Source: a virus
Strand: one strand, 5' to 3'
Length of the DNA stretch: 64,000 nucleotides
Virus record (IMG/VR): IMGVR_UViG_3300042731_004976
Coordinates: 64,001-128,000 of that record
Shown here: positions 19,313 to 28,914 of the stretch, piece after piece
Layout of the letters: every line of letters starts with the position of its first letter
Position numbering within the stretch: position 1 is the first letter of the stretch
The notes under the pieces: model-generated
What the model was told of the DNA's origin: nothing
Database searches by the model: none
The model's input: only the letters and a program-made list of their open reading frames with translations
Translations under genes and position numbers: made by a program

Positions 19313-20628
19313 CAGAAAGGCAACTCCGTGTTGCTACCCCCTTCGTCTCCGATTCCGGTTCCGAACGGGTCGTCGTCGTTGTTCTCGTTGCCGCCTACCT
19401 TAGGAAGTTCGGTGAAGTTCATGACATCGAGATCCCAGTTGACCTCGAACTCCTCCCCCACACCCTCTCGAACCTTGAGGGGCTTGAAGATCATCCTCTT
19501 ATCCGCCTTCATGTCTTCTGTTTGAATGAGGCCGTAAATTAGGTCCGCGTTCCAGGCAGCGACGTCGGTCAGAGCGATGCGTTCTGCCGATACGCTGGAA
19601 GAAACGTTGGCCTTCACCTCCCTGTTGAACTGCATCGTCACTAGGTTGGGGACAGAAGTCCGCTTGCAAACGCGCTTCAGCTCGTCAAAGGCATTGGCTG
19701 CGCGCTCGATTCGATTGTGGCCGTCAACCTTGAGGAGGTAGGCACCATCTAGGATGGCCAGAACCTTGTCCTCTTCTCCTGCGTCCTCCGCGGTTGCTTC
19801 GACTGCTGCTTCGTAGCTCTCCACCTTGAAGTCGAAGTCACCACCGATGACCTTCAGACCCTCGGAGTCCATGACCTCCGCGACGCCGTCCTTGAACTTC
19901 TTCTCGTTGAAGGCGTCGAGAGTTCCCATGCGGAGATCTCGATAGGAGATGTTGAAGTGCAACGCAGCGAAGCGCATGGCAATGCGCAGCTTGCTGATCT
20001 CTGTCGTACCAAACAGTACATGACAGCCGCCGGTCCAGGCATGGTGCCCTACCTTTGCAGCCGACCATGTCTTTCCGATACCAACACGGGCTACGATAAG
20101 AGCCAAGTCCTCCGGCCAGAGACCGAGGGTCTCTGCGTTCACCGTAGGCCACGGAGTCTCGATGCCGCGCTCTCCAGACTTGATGCGCTCGTAGTACGCC
20201 TCGACATCCTTGAAGAGCTTGGGAAGTTCTTCGACCTTTCCGGATCCTCCTTGACGATGCGTCTTGCGCATGGCCCGCAACAGAGTCTCCAAGGAGTCAA
20301 GGGCCTCCTGCGGTTTCGCCTGCTCCATGAGCCCCGAGAAGTCGTCGGCCCCTTTCTTCAGATCGAGAAATAGCGCGCGGTTCAGTACCTCTTGCGCGAA
20401 GAAGGCCGCAGGCTCCTGGACAATGTCCAGCGCTATGCCGGTCTTGGCCTGGATGGTTGGTACGGAGGGAAGATCGCCGTACGTTGCGCTGTGATCGACG
20501 ATCAGCTCGAAGAGCGTCTTTCCTTGCCCGTCGAGGTGGTTGGCACTTACTCCCAGGTCTCGAACTTGGTTCAGCGCCTGCTTACCTTCGCTGATGATTG
20601 CCGATACCAGTGCCTTGTCGAGATCCAC
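19312..20628 (-). CDS. dnaB: replicative helicase DnaB-like
   Basis: ARVGIGKT Walker A, ILDGAYL, QFNR, ADLI, KVREG. Confidence 0.92.
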   Translation of the reverse strand: MDLDKALVSAIISEGKQALNQVRDLGVSANHLDGQGKTLFELIVDHSATYGDLPSVPTIQAKTGIALDIVQEPAAFFAQEVLNRALFLDLKKGADDFSGLMEQAKPQEALDSLETLLRAMRKTHRQGGSGKVEELPKLFKDVEAYYERIKSGERGIETPWPTVNAETLGLWPEDLALIVARVGIGKTWSAAKVGHHAWTGGCHVLFGTTEISKLRIAMRFAALHFNISYRDLRMGTLDAFNEKKFKDGVAEVMDSEGLKVIGGDFDFKVESYEAAVEATAEDAGEEDKVLAILDGAYLLKVDGHNRIERAANAFDELKRVCKRTSVPNLVTMQFNREVKANVSSSVSAERIALTDVAAWNADLIYGLIQTEDMKADKRMIFKPLKVREGVGEEFEVNWDLDVMNFTELPKVGGNENNDDDPFGTGIGDEGGSNTELPF

Positions 20629-20671
20629 TCGCCCGCTCCCAGAACCCTCGGTTACGTTGACTGCTAATCAG

Positions 20672-21292
20672 TCACTCTATGCCGAGGACAGCTCTCTTCA
20701 ACTCTTCGCTCTGTGCCCGTCGCAAGTCCTCGCCCGTAACGGGAAGGACCACCATGCACCCTTGCACGGCTTCTAGCAAGCCCGGAAAGAACTTATCGAT
20801 TCCTCGCATATCCAACCGCGAGGTCACTATGGAAACGCGCTTACGTGTTCCCCGGCCGACCAGCAACTCTTCGATGGCTCGGCTTCCGAAGGTGTAGTCC
20901 TTCTGATCTTCTTCTCGGAGACCGTCCAGAACGAGAACATCGACTTCGCGGCATCTGTCGAGAACGCTCGTGGTTTCCTCGAACATCACCTTGGACTTCA
21001 CGCATTCCCTCAGCTCCCATACCGATGTGAAGTAGACGGTGTAGCCCCTAGATCGCGCTTCCTTGCACACGAGGGAGGCGATTCCAGTCTTACCTACTCC
21101 GGCAGGACCTGTGAGGAACATACCGGCGCCTCGATCGAGCATGATGTCCGTGTTCACGAGGTACCGATGGATCGTAGTCCGCATGGACTCCGGCACGCCT
21201 TGCACTTTCGCGGTCCAGTACTCCCGCGGCAGGTTCATGCGCTCGAAATCCGAGCGTGTGTTCGGTCGGCGTAGCCGCTGCACGTTATTCAT
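20672..21292 (-). CDS. DnaC/IstB-like AAA+ helicase loader
   Basis: GPAGVGKT, VLVLDGL, IVTS, GEDLRR. Confidence 0.85.
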   Translation of the reverse strand: MNNVQRLRRPNTRSDFERMNLPREYWTAKVQGVPESMRTTIHRYLVNTDIMLDRGAGMFLTGPAGVGKTGIASLVCKEARSRGYTVYFTSVWELRECVKSKVMFEETTSVLDRCREVDVLVLDGLREEDQKDYTFGSRAIEELLVGRGTRKRVSIVTSRLDMRGIDKFFPGLLEAVQGCMVVLPVTGEDLRRAQSEELKRAVLGIE

Positions 21293-21304
21293 TGCTTCTG
21301 GTCG

Positions 21305-22492
21305 CTAGAGTCCGAGCGCCTCCATGGCTTTCTCCGCCTGGCTGTAGCGAGCCTTCAACTCGGGGGGAGGTAGATCGTGTGGGTGCTCTTTGCACCAGGC
21401 GTCGTACTCGTCTCGAACGGTTCTGACCTTCTCCCACTGCTGCGCTTCTGGGATGAGCGCGTCGTGAAACTTTCGCAGCGTCCCGATTCGAGGAAAGGAG
21501 CCCTTGCCTCGAAAGAACCGGTCGTTGATTTGGTCCCATTGTCTTACCATATAGTGTAGGGCATATTCAACGACGGGGCCAGAATAGAGCTGGATCATCT
21601 CTTTGAGCTGCTTCCGCTCCTTCGGCTCCCAGCGGGCGAAGTCGAACTCCGGCCACCGCGCCTTCAGATCTTCGCGCCACTGGACTTGAAGGTGATCCAG
21701 GAACTTCTTGGTGCTGATGGTCTCCGTCTGTCCTTGGAGATTCTCCTTGAGACGCGCCTTCTTCTCCTTCTTCGCTACCTGCTCGCTTCGATGCTTCAGG
21801 AGACGCTGCTTGCTCGCCGCCGTGATTGCGTCGAGGCGAGACTGGTCCAAGGACGAGGGGGACAATGTGGGAGTTTTCCCCACATCCGGCGGAATTTCTT
21901 TCTTCGATTTCTCGCCGGCCGAGGGTGAAGTGTTTTGGAGGGGAAGACTCTCGGCGAGCGAAGGCTCGCCAAGTGATTCTCCTTTCAATGACTCTTTTCC
22001 ATGACTCTCTTTTTGTCCGGAAATATCCTTCCAGGGGGTGTGGAAGGATAGTTCCGGGGGGTGCGGAACGATACTTCCGGGGGTGACAGATCCGTCACCA
22101 CCCTGTGAGGACTTCTCCTGGGGCGGCGGGGGCTCCTGAACGGCCTCCTGGTCAGTCTCCGTCGGCGCCTGTGCCTCGGTCTCCCCTCCGTGCATCCAGG
22201 GGTGGTCTAGGAAGTAGACGAGGTCTGGAAGGCTCTTGTTGGTCTGCTTGACCTGCTCGATGAGACCCCACTTCGCGAGGTCTGTGAGGTAGTTCCGTAC
22301 CTGTCGGTCTGAGACTCCTAGGGCGCTCGCTATCGTCTTCTGCCGCGGGTAGCACTTGCCGTTGTTTCCGGCGTAGCGGGTGAGGCGCGCGTAGCACATC
22401 TTGGCTCCGGGGCTCAGCTCGGGTCGGGGTTCGAGCCACTCAGGCAGCATGGATCCGTGGAACTTCTTCCAGGGGTTGATTCGCTCGCTCAC
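21305..22492 (-). CDS. replication initiator with N-terminal winged HTH
   Basis: LSPGAK.CY..L...CYP....IA..LGVS.RQV..YL..L...GLI; sits directly upstream of the loader and helicase (lambda O/P-like layout). Confidence 0.8.
   Translation of the reverse strand: MSERINPWKKFHGSMLPEWLEPRPELSPGAKMCYARLTRYAGNNGKCYPRQKTIASALGVSDRQVRNYLTDLAKWGLIEQVKQTNKSLPDLVYFLDHPWMHGGETEAQAPTETDQEAVQEPPPPQEKSSQGGDGSVTPGSIVPHPPELSFHTPWKDISGQKESHGKESLKGESLGEPSLAESLPLQNTSPSAGEKSKKEIPPDVGKTPTLSPSSLDQSRLDAITAASKQRLLKHRSEQVAKKEKKARLKENLQGQTETISTKKFLDHLQVQWREDLKARWPEFDFARWEPKERKQLKEMIQLYSGPVVEYALHYMVRQWDQINDRFFRGKGSFPRIGTLRKFHDALIPEAQQWEKVRTVRDEYDAWCKEHPHDLPPPELKARYSQAEKAMEALGL
22019..22098. repeat. candidate origin iterons inside the initiator gene
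   Basis: Three GGAA-N6-TTCC-RGGGG(G)TG units at a 23-bp period (22019, 22042, 22065), then GTGAC-N6-GTCAC, next to a pyrimidine/AT-richer tract at 21971-22016. Confidence 0.6.
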
Positions 22493-22833
22493 GACGCAAC
22501 CTCCTCGCGCTGCTCTTCCAGGTAGAAGCCCTCGTACATCCAGCCGTGGTCGTAGAACTCGACCTTGTTCGGCTTGTTGCCGGTCTGTGGGATGATGGCG
22601 ATCAGGTTGAAGTTGGATAGCTCCGCAAGGTAGCGCTGTACCTGACGCTCACTCACTCCGAGGTCCGTGGCCATCTCAGCGACGGAGGGCTCGTCGTTTT
22701 CCTCCTCACCGAAGATGGCAGAGAGCAACGAGTAGCAGAGCTTAGCTCCTGGGCTTACTTCCTCACGACGAAGCAGCCACGGGGGAATGCAAATTCCTCC
22801 CTGCCACAACCAGGGGTTGATCCTGTTCTCCAT
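22489..22833 (-). CDS. HTH protein paralogous to the initiator N-terminal domain
   Basis: RINPW...P.WL..R.E.SPGAK.CY..L and LGVS.RQV..YL..L...LI...Q...P..V.F.DH.WM shared with 21305..22492. Confidence 0.8.
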   Translation of the reverse strand: MENRINPWLWQGGICIPPWLLRREEVSPGAKLCYSLLSAIFGEEENDEPSVAEMATDLGVSERQVQRYLAELSNFNLIAIIPQTGNKPNKVEFYDHGWMYEGFYLEEQREEVAS

Positions 22834-23038
22834 GTCCTCTCCTTCACAGCTCTATGGGCACTCGTCGCATCGTTGCATGAGCGCGACTTTTTGGTCTTCG
22901 ATCTTTCCCGCAAACTCCCAAAGCAGGGCGCGAGCGGAATCCCCAGGCTGCAACACTTCGGCCGCCCGGTAAAGAGCATCTCGTGCGATGCTCAGTTCCT
23001 CGTTGATTCTGCTCGATTGCTCGCGGGTAAGCTCGGGC

Positions 23039-23356
23039 TCACTTCTCGACGAAGCCACGACCCTGGCACTTCGGGCAGATCTTTGCCTGGGCGGTGGTCC
23101 ACCGACCGTTGACCACCTTGATCTTGCCCTGCCGCCGCAAACGCTGAAGAGTGCGTCCGAGTACGGAATCGTTGGAGAGGAGTTGGTCCTTCAGCTCACG
23201 GTTCGTCTTCGGTCCGTTCTTCAAGGCAGAGAGCGCTTCCTTCTCGACCTTGAGATCTTCCTCCGAGACACTCCGTTGCCTGCTTGCCTTCTTGGCGACT
23301 CCTACCTTCTTTACGATCTTCTTCTTCGTTCGCGACTTCGTCTTCTTGGCTGCCAT
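23039..23356 (-). CDS. Lys-rich winged-HTH protein with C-terminal CxxC
   Basis: Basic N-terminal tail, GPKT..EL...LGRTLQRL...GKI, CPKCQG. Confidence 0.6.
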   Translation of the reverse strand: MAAKKTKSRTKKKIVKKVGVAKKASRQRSVSEEDLKVEKEALSALKNGPKTNRELKDQLLSNDSVLGRTLQRLRRQGKIKVVNGRWTTAQAKICPKCQGRGFVEK

Positions 23357-23394
23357 CGTCCTTCTCCTTATCCGGCGGTACCCGGATGCGTCCT

Positions 23395-23952
23395 TTAGAA
23401 GAGACCTTCTACCTCATCTGTCCCAGAACCGCCGTGGGTTTCGGGATCCTCGTAGGAAGGTAGGGTCTCCGGTGTGGGTTGATTCGTGAAGATGAGCTGG
23501 ATGTTCTCGAAGCTCGTGATCACGTAGTAGAGGGGGAAATTGAAACCTGCCCCATCCTCGTGCTCGAACTCGGTCTTGTAGATAGGCCAGCAAATACCGC
23601 AGAAGGGGCCGGAGAGCGACTCGTCCATCTCCCCGACTTTCCCCTGGACGGCGACCCAGACGAGCTTCTTGGTGATCAGACCCTCGTGTGCGTGCTTTCG
23701 ACACTTCTTCGTGCGTTGGCACACGACCACTTTGCCGGACTTGTACTTCTTCCCCTCGGCCGTCTTGACGTAGCCTCCTCCGTCCTTCGCGATCTTGCGA
23801 ATGTGCTCATAGATGGCGAAGATCAACTCTTCGGAGGCAACCCACTTCTTCAAGGAAGGCTTGTCTACGAGGGAGCCCAAACGGATGAGGGTTTTCTTGT
23901 CGCAGTGCGCGCAGAATCCAAGAGGTCCGGGATACAGATTCGATCCGGCCAT
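23395..23952 (-). CDS. hypothetical Cys-containing protein
   Basis: CAHC, C....C, CGIC; lies within the operon. Confidence 0.6.
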   Translation of the reverse strand: MAGSNLYPGPLGFCAHCDKKTLIRLGSLVDKPSLKKWVASEELIFAIYEHIRKIAKDGGGYVKTAEGKKYKSGKVVVCQRTKKCRKHAHEGLITKKLVWVAVQGKVGEMDESLSGPFCGICWPIYKTEFEHEDGAGFNFPLYYVITSFENIQLIFTNQPTPETLPSYEDPETHGGSGTDEVEGLF

Positions 23953-23955
23953 CGT

Positions 23956-25929
23956 TCATCGGTGTCGTAGGAAGTTGACGAAGCTTGAAGCCACCAGGTG
24001 CACCAGATCTCGGTCGAAGTGCTCAGGGTCGACGAACCTCCAGTTCTTTGAGGATCCAAACATGAACTGCATCTGTTTGGGAGTGACGTCGAATCTGAGC
24101 TGCGCCTTTCCTGCCCTGCGAGGATCTCTGAAGCGCTCACCCAGCATCACGCAGGTAACGTTGGTTCCGTTCTTTCGCATGGATCGTGATTCGTCCCGAA
24201 CGAATCCCATGAGCTGGTTCGAGTTGAACCACTTGCCGTCGCGGCGGCGGTGAGAAGGAAAACCGTCCGTGAGCAGGAAGCATTGCGTGCTTTCGGTGCC
24301 TTCCGAAAGCCGCCGTCCGGCGACACGTAGAGCGATGTGGATTGGCGTGAGACCTCCGACACCGAGACCCTTTGTGCGCATGATGATATCCTGATGAGGA
24401 TCGAAGCGTGTCAGGACTACTTCTCCTGCTTCCTGCGACGTGAAACCCCAGACCTCTACCGATACGTAGGGGAAGCGCAGCGCACGCTGGATGATGCGTG
24501 CTGCTCTCTCACATTGCACAGTCTTCTGTCCTTCCATCGAGCCTGACCTGTCGATGAGCAAGATTGCTCTAAAGCCTTTGCCAGACCCTTCCGCTTTGAA
24601 GACTGGTACCGGTATTCCGGTGAGCCGTCTCTCGATGAGAGCCCCTACGTCCACTTCTACGCCCGCGTCTTCGAGCGTCGCTTTGCGACGTCCTTCTACC
24701 CGGTGAAAAATGGAACGGAGCCGCATGACCGTGCGTTCGTCCTCCGCGGGGAAGGGCTTGTACTGTCCCGAGGTGTCCTCGTCCAGGAAACGAATTTTTG
24801 CCATGGCGTCCTTTTGGAGCCAGTCGTCTTCCTGGAGTTCTTGGCGCATGTTCTTCCGCGCCTTCTGGACGATCTCGTCCATCTCGTCTTCGGTCGATTC
24901 GAGCAGTTCTTCCATGCTCTGCTCGTCGTTGACGTTGGCCTTGATGGCTTGGTTCGCTTGCGCTTGCGCCTTGGGAGAGGGTCGACCCTTTTGGAACTTG
25001 GAATCTTCGACCGAGTCCTTCACTTGATCGGGAGCGTTGCCGAACTTCTTCAGCAGGTCTTGCAGTGCCTTTGTTCGATCCTGTCCTGACGGCTCTTGCT
25101 TTCCTTCCGGCTTCGGCTTGTTGTCCTTGTTCTTGCCTTGCTGCGGCTGTTTCTTCTCTTGCGGAGGAGCCGCTGCGTTCGGTTGCGGTGGTAGGAGCGG
25201 CGGCAGCTTCTCCTGATCCCGTAGGATCTGGTTCACCATCTGCATGACGAGCCACTTCGATACGACGAGGGTAGAAGCGAAGCCTCGTTGGTTCACTTTG
25301 CGGAACGCTTCCTCGACGAACGGTCGGAACTTGTCCATGTCTCCCGGAGGAATGTTCTCCGGATCGACTTCCAGACACGTGATGAATCCGAGGAGGGTCT
25401 TGTGTGCGTCGGGAAGGAGTTCCTGCACCTTGGTTTTGGCGATCTCCCTCATGTCCTCATAGCTGCCCTGATAGAGTCGACCCCACAGGGATCCGATGCG
25501 GCGCCGTTCGAGGAGCGTGATGATGTGCGTGAGGGCTGTGTGGAGGTAATGGGGTGAGATCTCTTGCCCCATCTTCTTGGAGATTTGCTCGATGCGCCCT
25601 ACATACTCCGAGACGAAGAGCTTCTTCGCTTTGGGATCGGTGCGGAAGAGAATGTGCGCGAGCTGTTCTTCGACCAACCGATAGAAGTTGGGGTCAGAGA
25701 AAGGTACACGGATCTCGTGTCCGTTCGTTGCGGGCTCCGGGCCGTTCTTCAACCACAAGCGCTTGCGTGTGATGCCCGCGAAGGTGTCGACCGTCTTGTA
25801 GGCAACGGTCTTCTTTTGTTGGAAGCGTATGAGGCGGTCGAGGGACTCCAGATCGATCTTCTCGTCCTTCGGTCCTTCGTGCTCCTCTAGAAGCTCCAGG
25901 GGGTCCTGTCCTGGTTGCTGTTGGCTCAT
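23956..25929 (-). CDS. von Willebrand factor A (vWA) domain protein, CobT/NorD-like
   Basis: MIDAS motif DRSGSM, GLTP, LLTDG; ATG 25929 overlaps the MoxR stop. Confidence 0.85.
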   Translation of the reverse strand: MSQQQPGQDPLELLEEHEGPKDEKIDLESLDRLIRFQQKKTVAYKTVDTFAGITRKRLWLKNGPEPATNGHEIRVPFSDPNFYRLVEEQLAHILFRTDPKAKKLFVSEYVGRIEQISKKMGQEISPHYLHTALTHIITLLERRRIGSLWGRLYQGSYEDMREIAKTKVQELLPDAHKTLLGFITCLEVDPENIPPGDMDKFRPFVEEAFRKVNQRGFASTLVVSKWLVMQMVNQILRDQEKLPPLLPPQPNAAAPPQEKKQPQQGKNKDNKPKPEGKQEPSGQDRTKALQDLLKKFGNAPDQVKDSVEDSKFQKGRPSPKAQAQANQAIKANVNDEQSMEELLESTEDEMDEIVQKARKNMRQELQEDDWLQKDAMAKIRFLDEDTSGQYKPFPAEDERTVMRLRSIFHRVEGRRKATLEDAGVEVDVGALIERRLTGIPVPVFKAEGSGKGFRAILLIDRSGSMEGQKTVQCERAARIIQRALRFPYVSVEVWGFTSQEAGEVVLTRFDPHQDIIMRTKGLGVGGLTPIHIALRVAGRRLSEGTESTQCFLLTDGFPSHRRRDGKWFNSNQLMGFVRDESRSMRKNGTNVTCVMLGERFRDPRRAGKAQLRFDVTPKQMQFMFGSSKNWRFVDPEHFDRDLVHLVASSFVNFLRHR

Positions 25930-26780
25930 GCACTCTTCTTCTTGGCTGCGGTGCCGAAGAGAGATCCCAGACGTTCCTCTACGGTATCTCGGTCTGCGCC
26001 CTCGAACTTGCCGAGAACGATCCGACAAGCGTTGGGGATGCCCAAGATTGCCATGTCGTCGAGGATCTGTACCACGTCTCTGGTCGATAGCGCGTACTCC
26101 AGTGCCTTCTGTCTGGTCTCATGCGCTAGAAGAAGTACGCGCTCGACCGTCTTCGGCGGTAGCTTCTTGCTGATCCCCTTTAGAGTCGCTTCGATGATCG
26201 CTTCCTCGTCCTTCGTCTTGGGGTAGTTGAGAGCAATCAGACGAAGACGGGACTTGAGGTCTTCGTTGAGCTGGTGGACTCCTCCGTAGACCGCAGAGTT
26301 CATCGTACCAACGATCCACACCTTGGCACCCTTCTCCAAGGTGAAGACCTTCTGTAGTTCGGGAACCTCGATGCGTGCTCTCCAGTCTGTTGCGGCGTTC
26401 AGCACCTTCTGCATTTGAGGCGTGAGCGCATTGATCTCTTCCATGCAGAGGATGCACTTTCCTACCTCGTTGGCAACCTCGAAAACCGTGGTGAGCGGAC
26501 CGAGAATGAAGGGGGTTTGATCTCCACGGAGTACCTGCATGCCGATGAGATGGGAGCGTCTCACGTCCTCAGAGCAGTCGTAGGTGATGATCGGGCAGTT
26601 GTTGGCATAGGCGAACGATTGGAAGCTCAAGGTCTTCCCGATACCTTTGGGACCCACGGCGACAGTGGGCGCTCGAAAGGACAAGCCCTCGTACAGCGGC
26701 ATCAGCTCGAAAACGTCCACGTACTGGACATCCTTCGGAGCGAAGAGCGATGAGGGCATGCGTTCCGTTGTTTGCTTCAT
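25926..26780 (-). CDS. MoxR/CbbQ/NirQ-family AAA+ ATPase
   Basis: GPKGIGKT, MEEINA, GTMN...YGG...LNEDLKSR, YP...E, STR. Confidence 0.9.
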   Translation of the reverse strand: MKQTTERMPSSLFAPKDVQYVDVFELMPLYEGLSFRAPTVAVGPKGIGKTLSFQSFAYANNCPIITYDCSEDVRRSHLIGMQVLRGDQTPFILGPLTTVFEVANEVGKCILCMEEINALTPQMQKVLNAATDWRARIEVPELQKVFTLEKGAKVWIVGTMNSAVYGGVHQLNEDLKSRLRLIALNYPKTKDEEAIIEATLKGISKKLPPKTVERVLLLAHETRQKALEYALSTRDVVQILDDMAILGIPNACRIVLGKFEGADRDTVEERLGSLFGTAAKKKSA

Positions 26781-26801
26781 GCGAGCGGTCTCCTTGACGG
26801 G

Positions 26802-26830
26802 AAGGTACTAGGTTGGTTTTGGATAGTCAA
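26802..26830 (-). promoter_or_regulatory. sigma70-type promoter
   Basis: TTGACT-17-TACCTT upstream of the MoxR gene. Confidence 0.7.
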
Positions 26831-26840
26831 GAACGCCCCA

Positions 26841-26860
26841 GTGCGTCCATATGGACGCAC
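26841..26860. repeat. 20-bp perfect palindrome, copy 1
   Basis: GTGCGTCCATATGGACGCAC, intergenic. Confidence 0.85.
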
Positions 26861-26869
26861 GGCTTCGGT

Positions 26870-27445
26870 TTAGTTGAAGTGGGTGAGGAGTCCGGCAAAG
26901 GGGCTGTGCTCGTTCACGTCTTCTACCTCGTGAAAGTCCCCTAAGTAGGTCTTGCTGTTCTCATGCAAGACGTCTGCTGCCCAAGCCAAGGGGCGTCCGA
27001 AGCGCAGGTGTTCGAAGGCGAGGAGCACGACGTCCTTGATGCGCTGGTGCTCGTCCTTTTCGAGATCGAATAGTTGGTCGATACTCTCGTTGCCTGTGGT
27101 TCCTTGGGCAGGCTCCACTTCTTCTGCTTGAAACACCATCAGCACTCCTACAGCCTTGTGAATCTTCGCGGAGTGCCTCACAGCTTTTTCGAAGTGCGCA
27201 GAGAGTTCCGGTGTGGAGGTGTCTCCATCGATCCTTCCGATGATGGGTTTCTTGAGCATCTCGTGGGTCTGAGGGTCGACTGTCATGAGCACGAACGCCG
27301 CAGGTGATATGAATCCCACGGCGTCGAACATCTCGCGCACCTTCCCCTTGACCTGCTCAGCGAATATCAAAGCCCCCTCGCGCGTGAGCAGCTCTCGGGG
27401 GTCCCGCTTTTCTTGATCCTTCTCCAAGGTTCGGTAGCCTACCAG
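26870..27445 (-). CDS. hypothetical protein (start uncertain)
   Basis: Protein-like portion of ORF 26870..27574. Confidence 0.55.
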   Translation of the reverse strand: MVGYRTLEKDQEKRDPRELLTREGALIFAEQVKGKVREMFDAVGFISPAAFVLMTVDPQTHEMLKKPIIGRIDGDTSTPELSAHFEKAVRHSAKIHKAVGVLMVFQAEEVEPAQGTTGNESIDQLFDLEKDEHQRIKDVVLLAFEHLRFGRPLAWAADVLHENSKTYLGDFHEVEDVNEHSPFAGLLTHFN

Positions 27446-27456
27446 ATGCTGCTTTC

Positions 27457-27948
27457 CTAGTCGGCTACTTTGCCGTCGACCAGATGCACAGCTGGTACAG
27501 GGACGTCGGCTTCGATGAAGTGTACGGATGCCAGAAGGCTGGGCTTGTTCTCCGGCGCGTCCATGTCCAGCCACTCTCGTGCGAACTCAGCCTTGCTCGT
27601 GTCGTCTCCTCCTGAGGATCCATTACACGCCCACTGCGCATGTTCGTTGACGGCTACCGCGATACGGACACGCACCATTTCTTGAGGAGGGTTCCGAACC
27701 GCATCGAGGGCCCGCTGAGTATCAGCGAGAGCGCCTGCTCGTCCGAGGTTTGGCTTGGCACCTTGCACTTCCTTGCTCAGCAGGGCTCGTCGAATGGCGA
27801 CGAGAAACGCTTCTGGGTGCTTTCGGATAGTGGCGTCGAGCACCTCATCCAAGGCGTCCAGTGGTTGTCCCCCCTCCTTTATCCGCTCCCTTATCCGACG
27901 AGACGCTTCGGCACCGAATTCGATTTTCCAATCAGGCTCGTCGGACAT
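27457..27948 (-). CDS. hypothetical protein
   Basis: 163-aa ORF in the minus-strand run. Confidence 0.6.
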   Translation of the reverse strand: MSDEPDWKIEFGAEASRRIRERIKEGGQPLDALDEVLDATIRKHPEAFLVAIRRALLSKEVQGAKPNLGRAGALADTQRALDAVRNPPQEMVRVRIAVAVNEHAQWACNGSSGGDDTSKAEFAREWLDMDAPENKPSLLASVHFIEADVPVPAVHLVDGKVAD

Positions 27949-27960
27949 GGGAGGAGGTTC

Positions 27961-28500
27961 CTACTTGGTGGGTTTGCACTCGGCAAGGAGAGGCTTCATC
28001 TCCTTGGGCTCGGTTACCTTGAGGGCGTGGGTGACGCCGTGCAGGCTCTCCGCTTCCTTCGCCGTGATCTTCCCGGAGTCCACCAGGTACTTGATCTTCG
28101 ACGGGGACGCCTGGAGGACCTTCACCGTGTCGAACGCCTCCTCCAACGGGATACCGTGCTCTTCGAGGAGCGTCTTCAGCGTTTCGGCGTTGGGAGCCGA
28201 CTCCCGGCGGTGCTCTCGGGTCACACGGAAGCCGTCGATGACCACGTACTCGTTGAGGGACTTCTCCGCCTTGGCACCGTGAGCTTCGACGTGAGCGAGG
28301 AGGGAAGCGCGAAGCGGGCTCTTTCGTTCCTTGGCCTGCTTCTCGACGAAGTCCACAGCCTTGTAGGCTCGGACTTGATCGGCAATCGACATTTCGTCGA
28401 GAGGCGTGCTCATCATGCTGCCCCGGGTGAAGGGGGCCACCTCGGTTTGAAGAGCCTGGTGCTTGGTGGACGGAACGGGGGTCTTGGATTTCTTGGGCAT
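27961..28500 (-). CDS. hypothetical protein
   Basis: GGAG RBS before ATG 28500; promoter upstream. Confidence 0.65.
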   Translation of the reverse strand: MPKKSKTPVPSTKHQALQTEVAPFTRGSMMSTPLDEMSIADQVRAYKAVDFVEKQAKERKSPLRASLLAHVEAHGAKAEKSLNEYVVIDGFRVTREHRRESAPNAETLKTLLEEHGIPLEEAFDTVKVLQASPSKIKYLVDSGKITAKEAESLHGVTHALKVTEPKEMKPLLAECKPTK

Positions 28501-28566
28501 TCTCTTGTCTCCTTGAAGCATCAGCGGCCTTGCGGCGGCGTCTGCCTCACGTTCGAGTTGCTCGGG

Positions 28567-28595
28567 AAGATACAAGTCAGCGTGTGGATTGTCAA
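28567..28595 (-). promoter_or_regulatory. sigma70-type promoter (leftward, at the strand switch)
   Basis: TTGACA-17-TATCTT. Confidence 0.75.
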
Positions 28596-28885
28596 GCACA
28601 GCTAGGACAGGAAACGTCCTTGCTCTATACTTGACCCGGCCTCATGGAGAAGCTCGTTCTCGAAGACCTCAGCGACCTGGAAGAAGAACGCTGTCCCCAC
28701 TCGAAGATCGTTCCCTACGGGGATGGCAAGTGGGGACGCTGTGTTCGTTGCGGGGATGCCTCGTTCCCGCTGGTGGCCGAAGACGATCCCGAAGTACCGT
28801 CCGAAGGTCTCGTGATGGTGCTGTACCCAGAGGACCGGGACGCCCTGCTAGACCGCTTGCGGGCTCGCTTGAAGAAACCTTCCCT

Positions 28886-28914
28886 TTGACAATCGTTCCC
28901 CTGCCTATTACCAT
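28886..28914 (+). promoter_or_regulatory. sigma70-type promoter (rightward)
   Basis: TTGACA-17-TACCAT. Confidence 0.75.
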
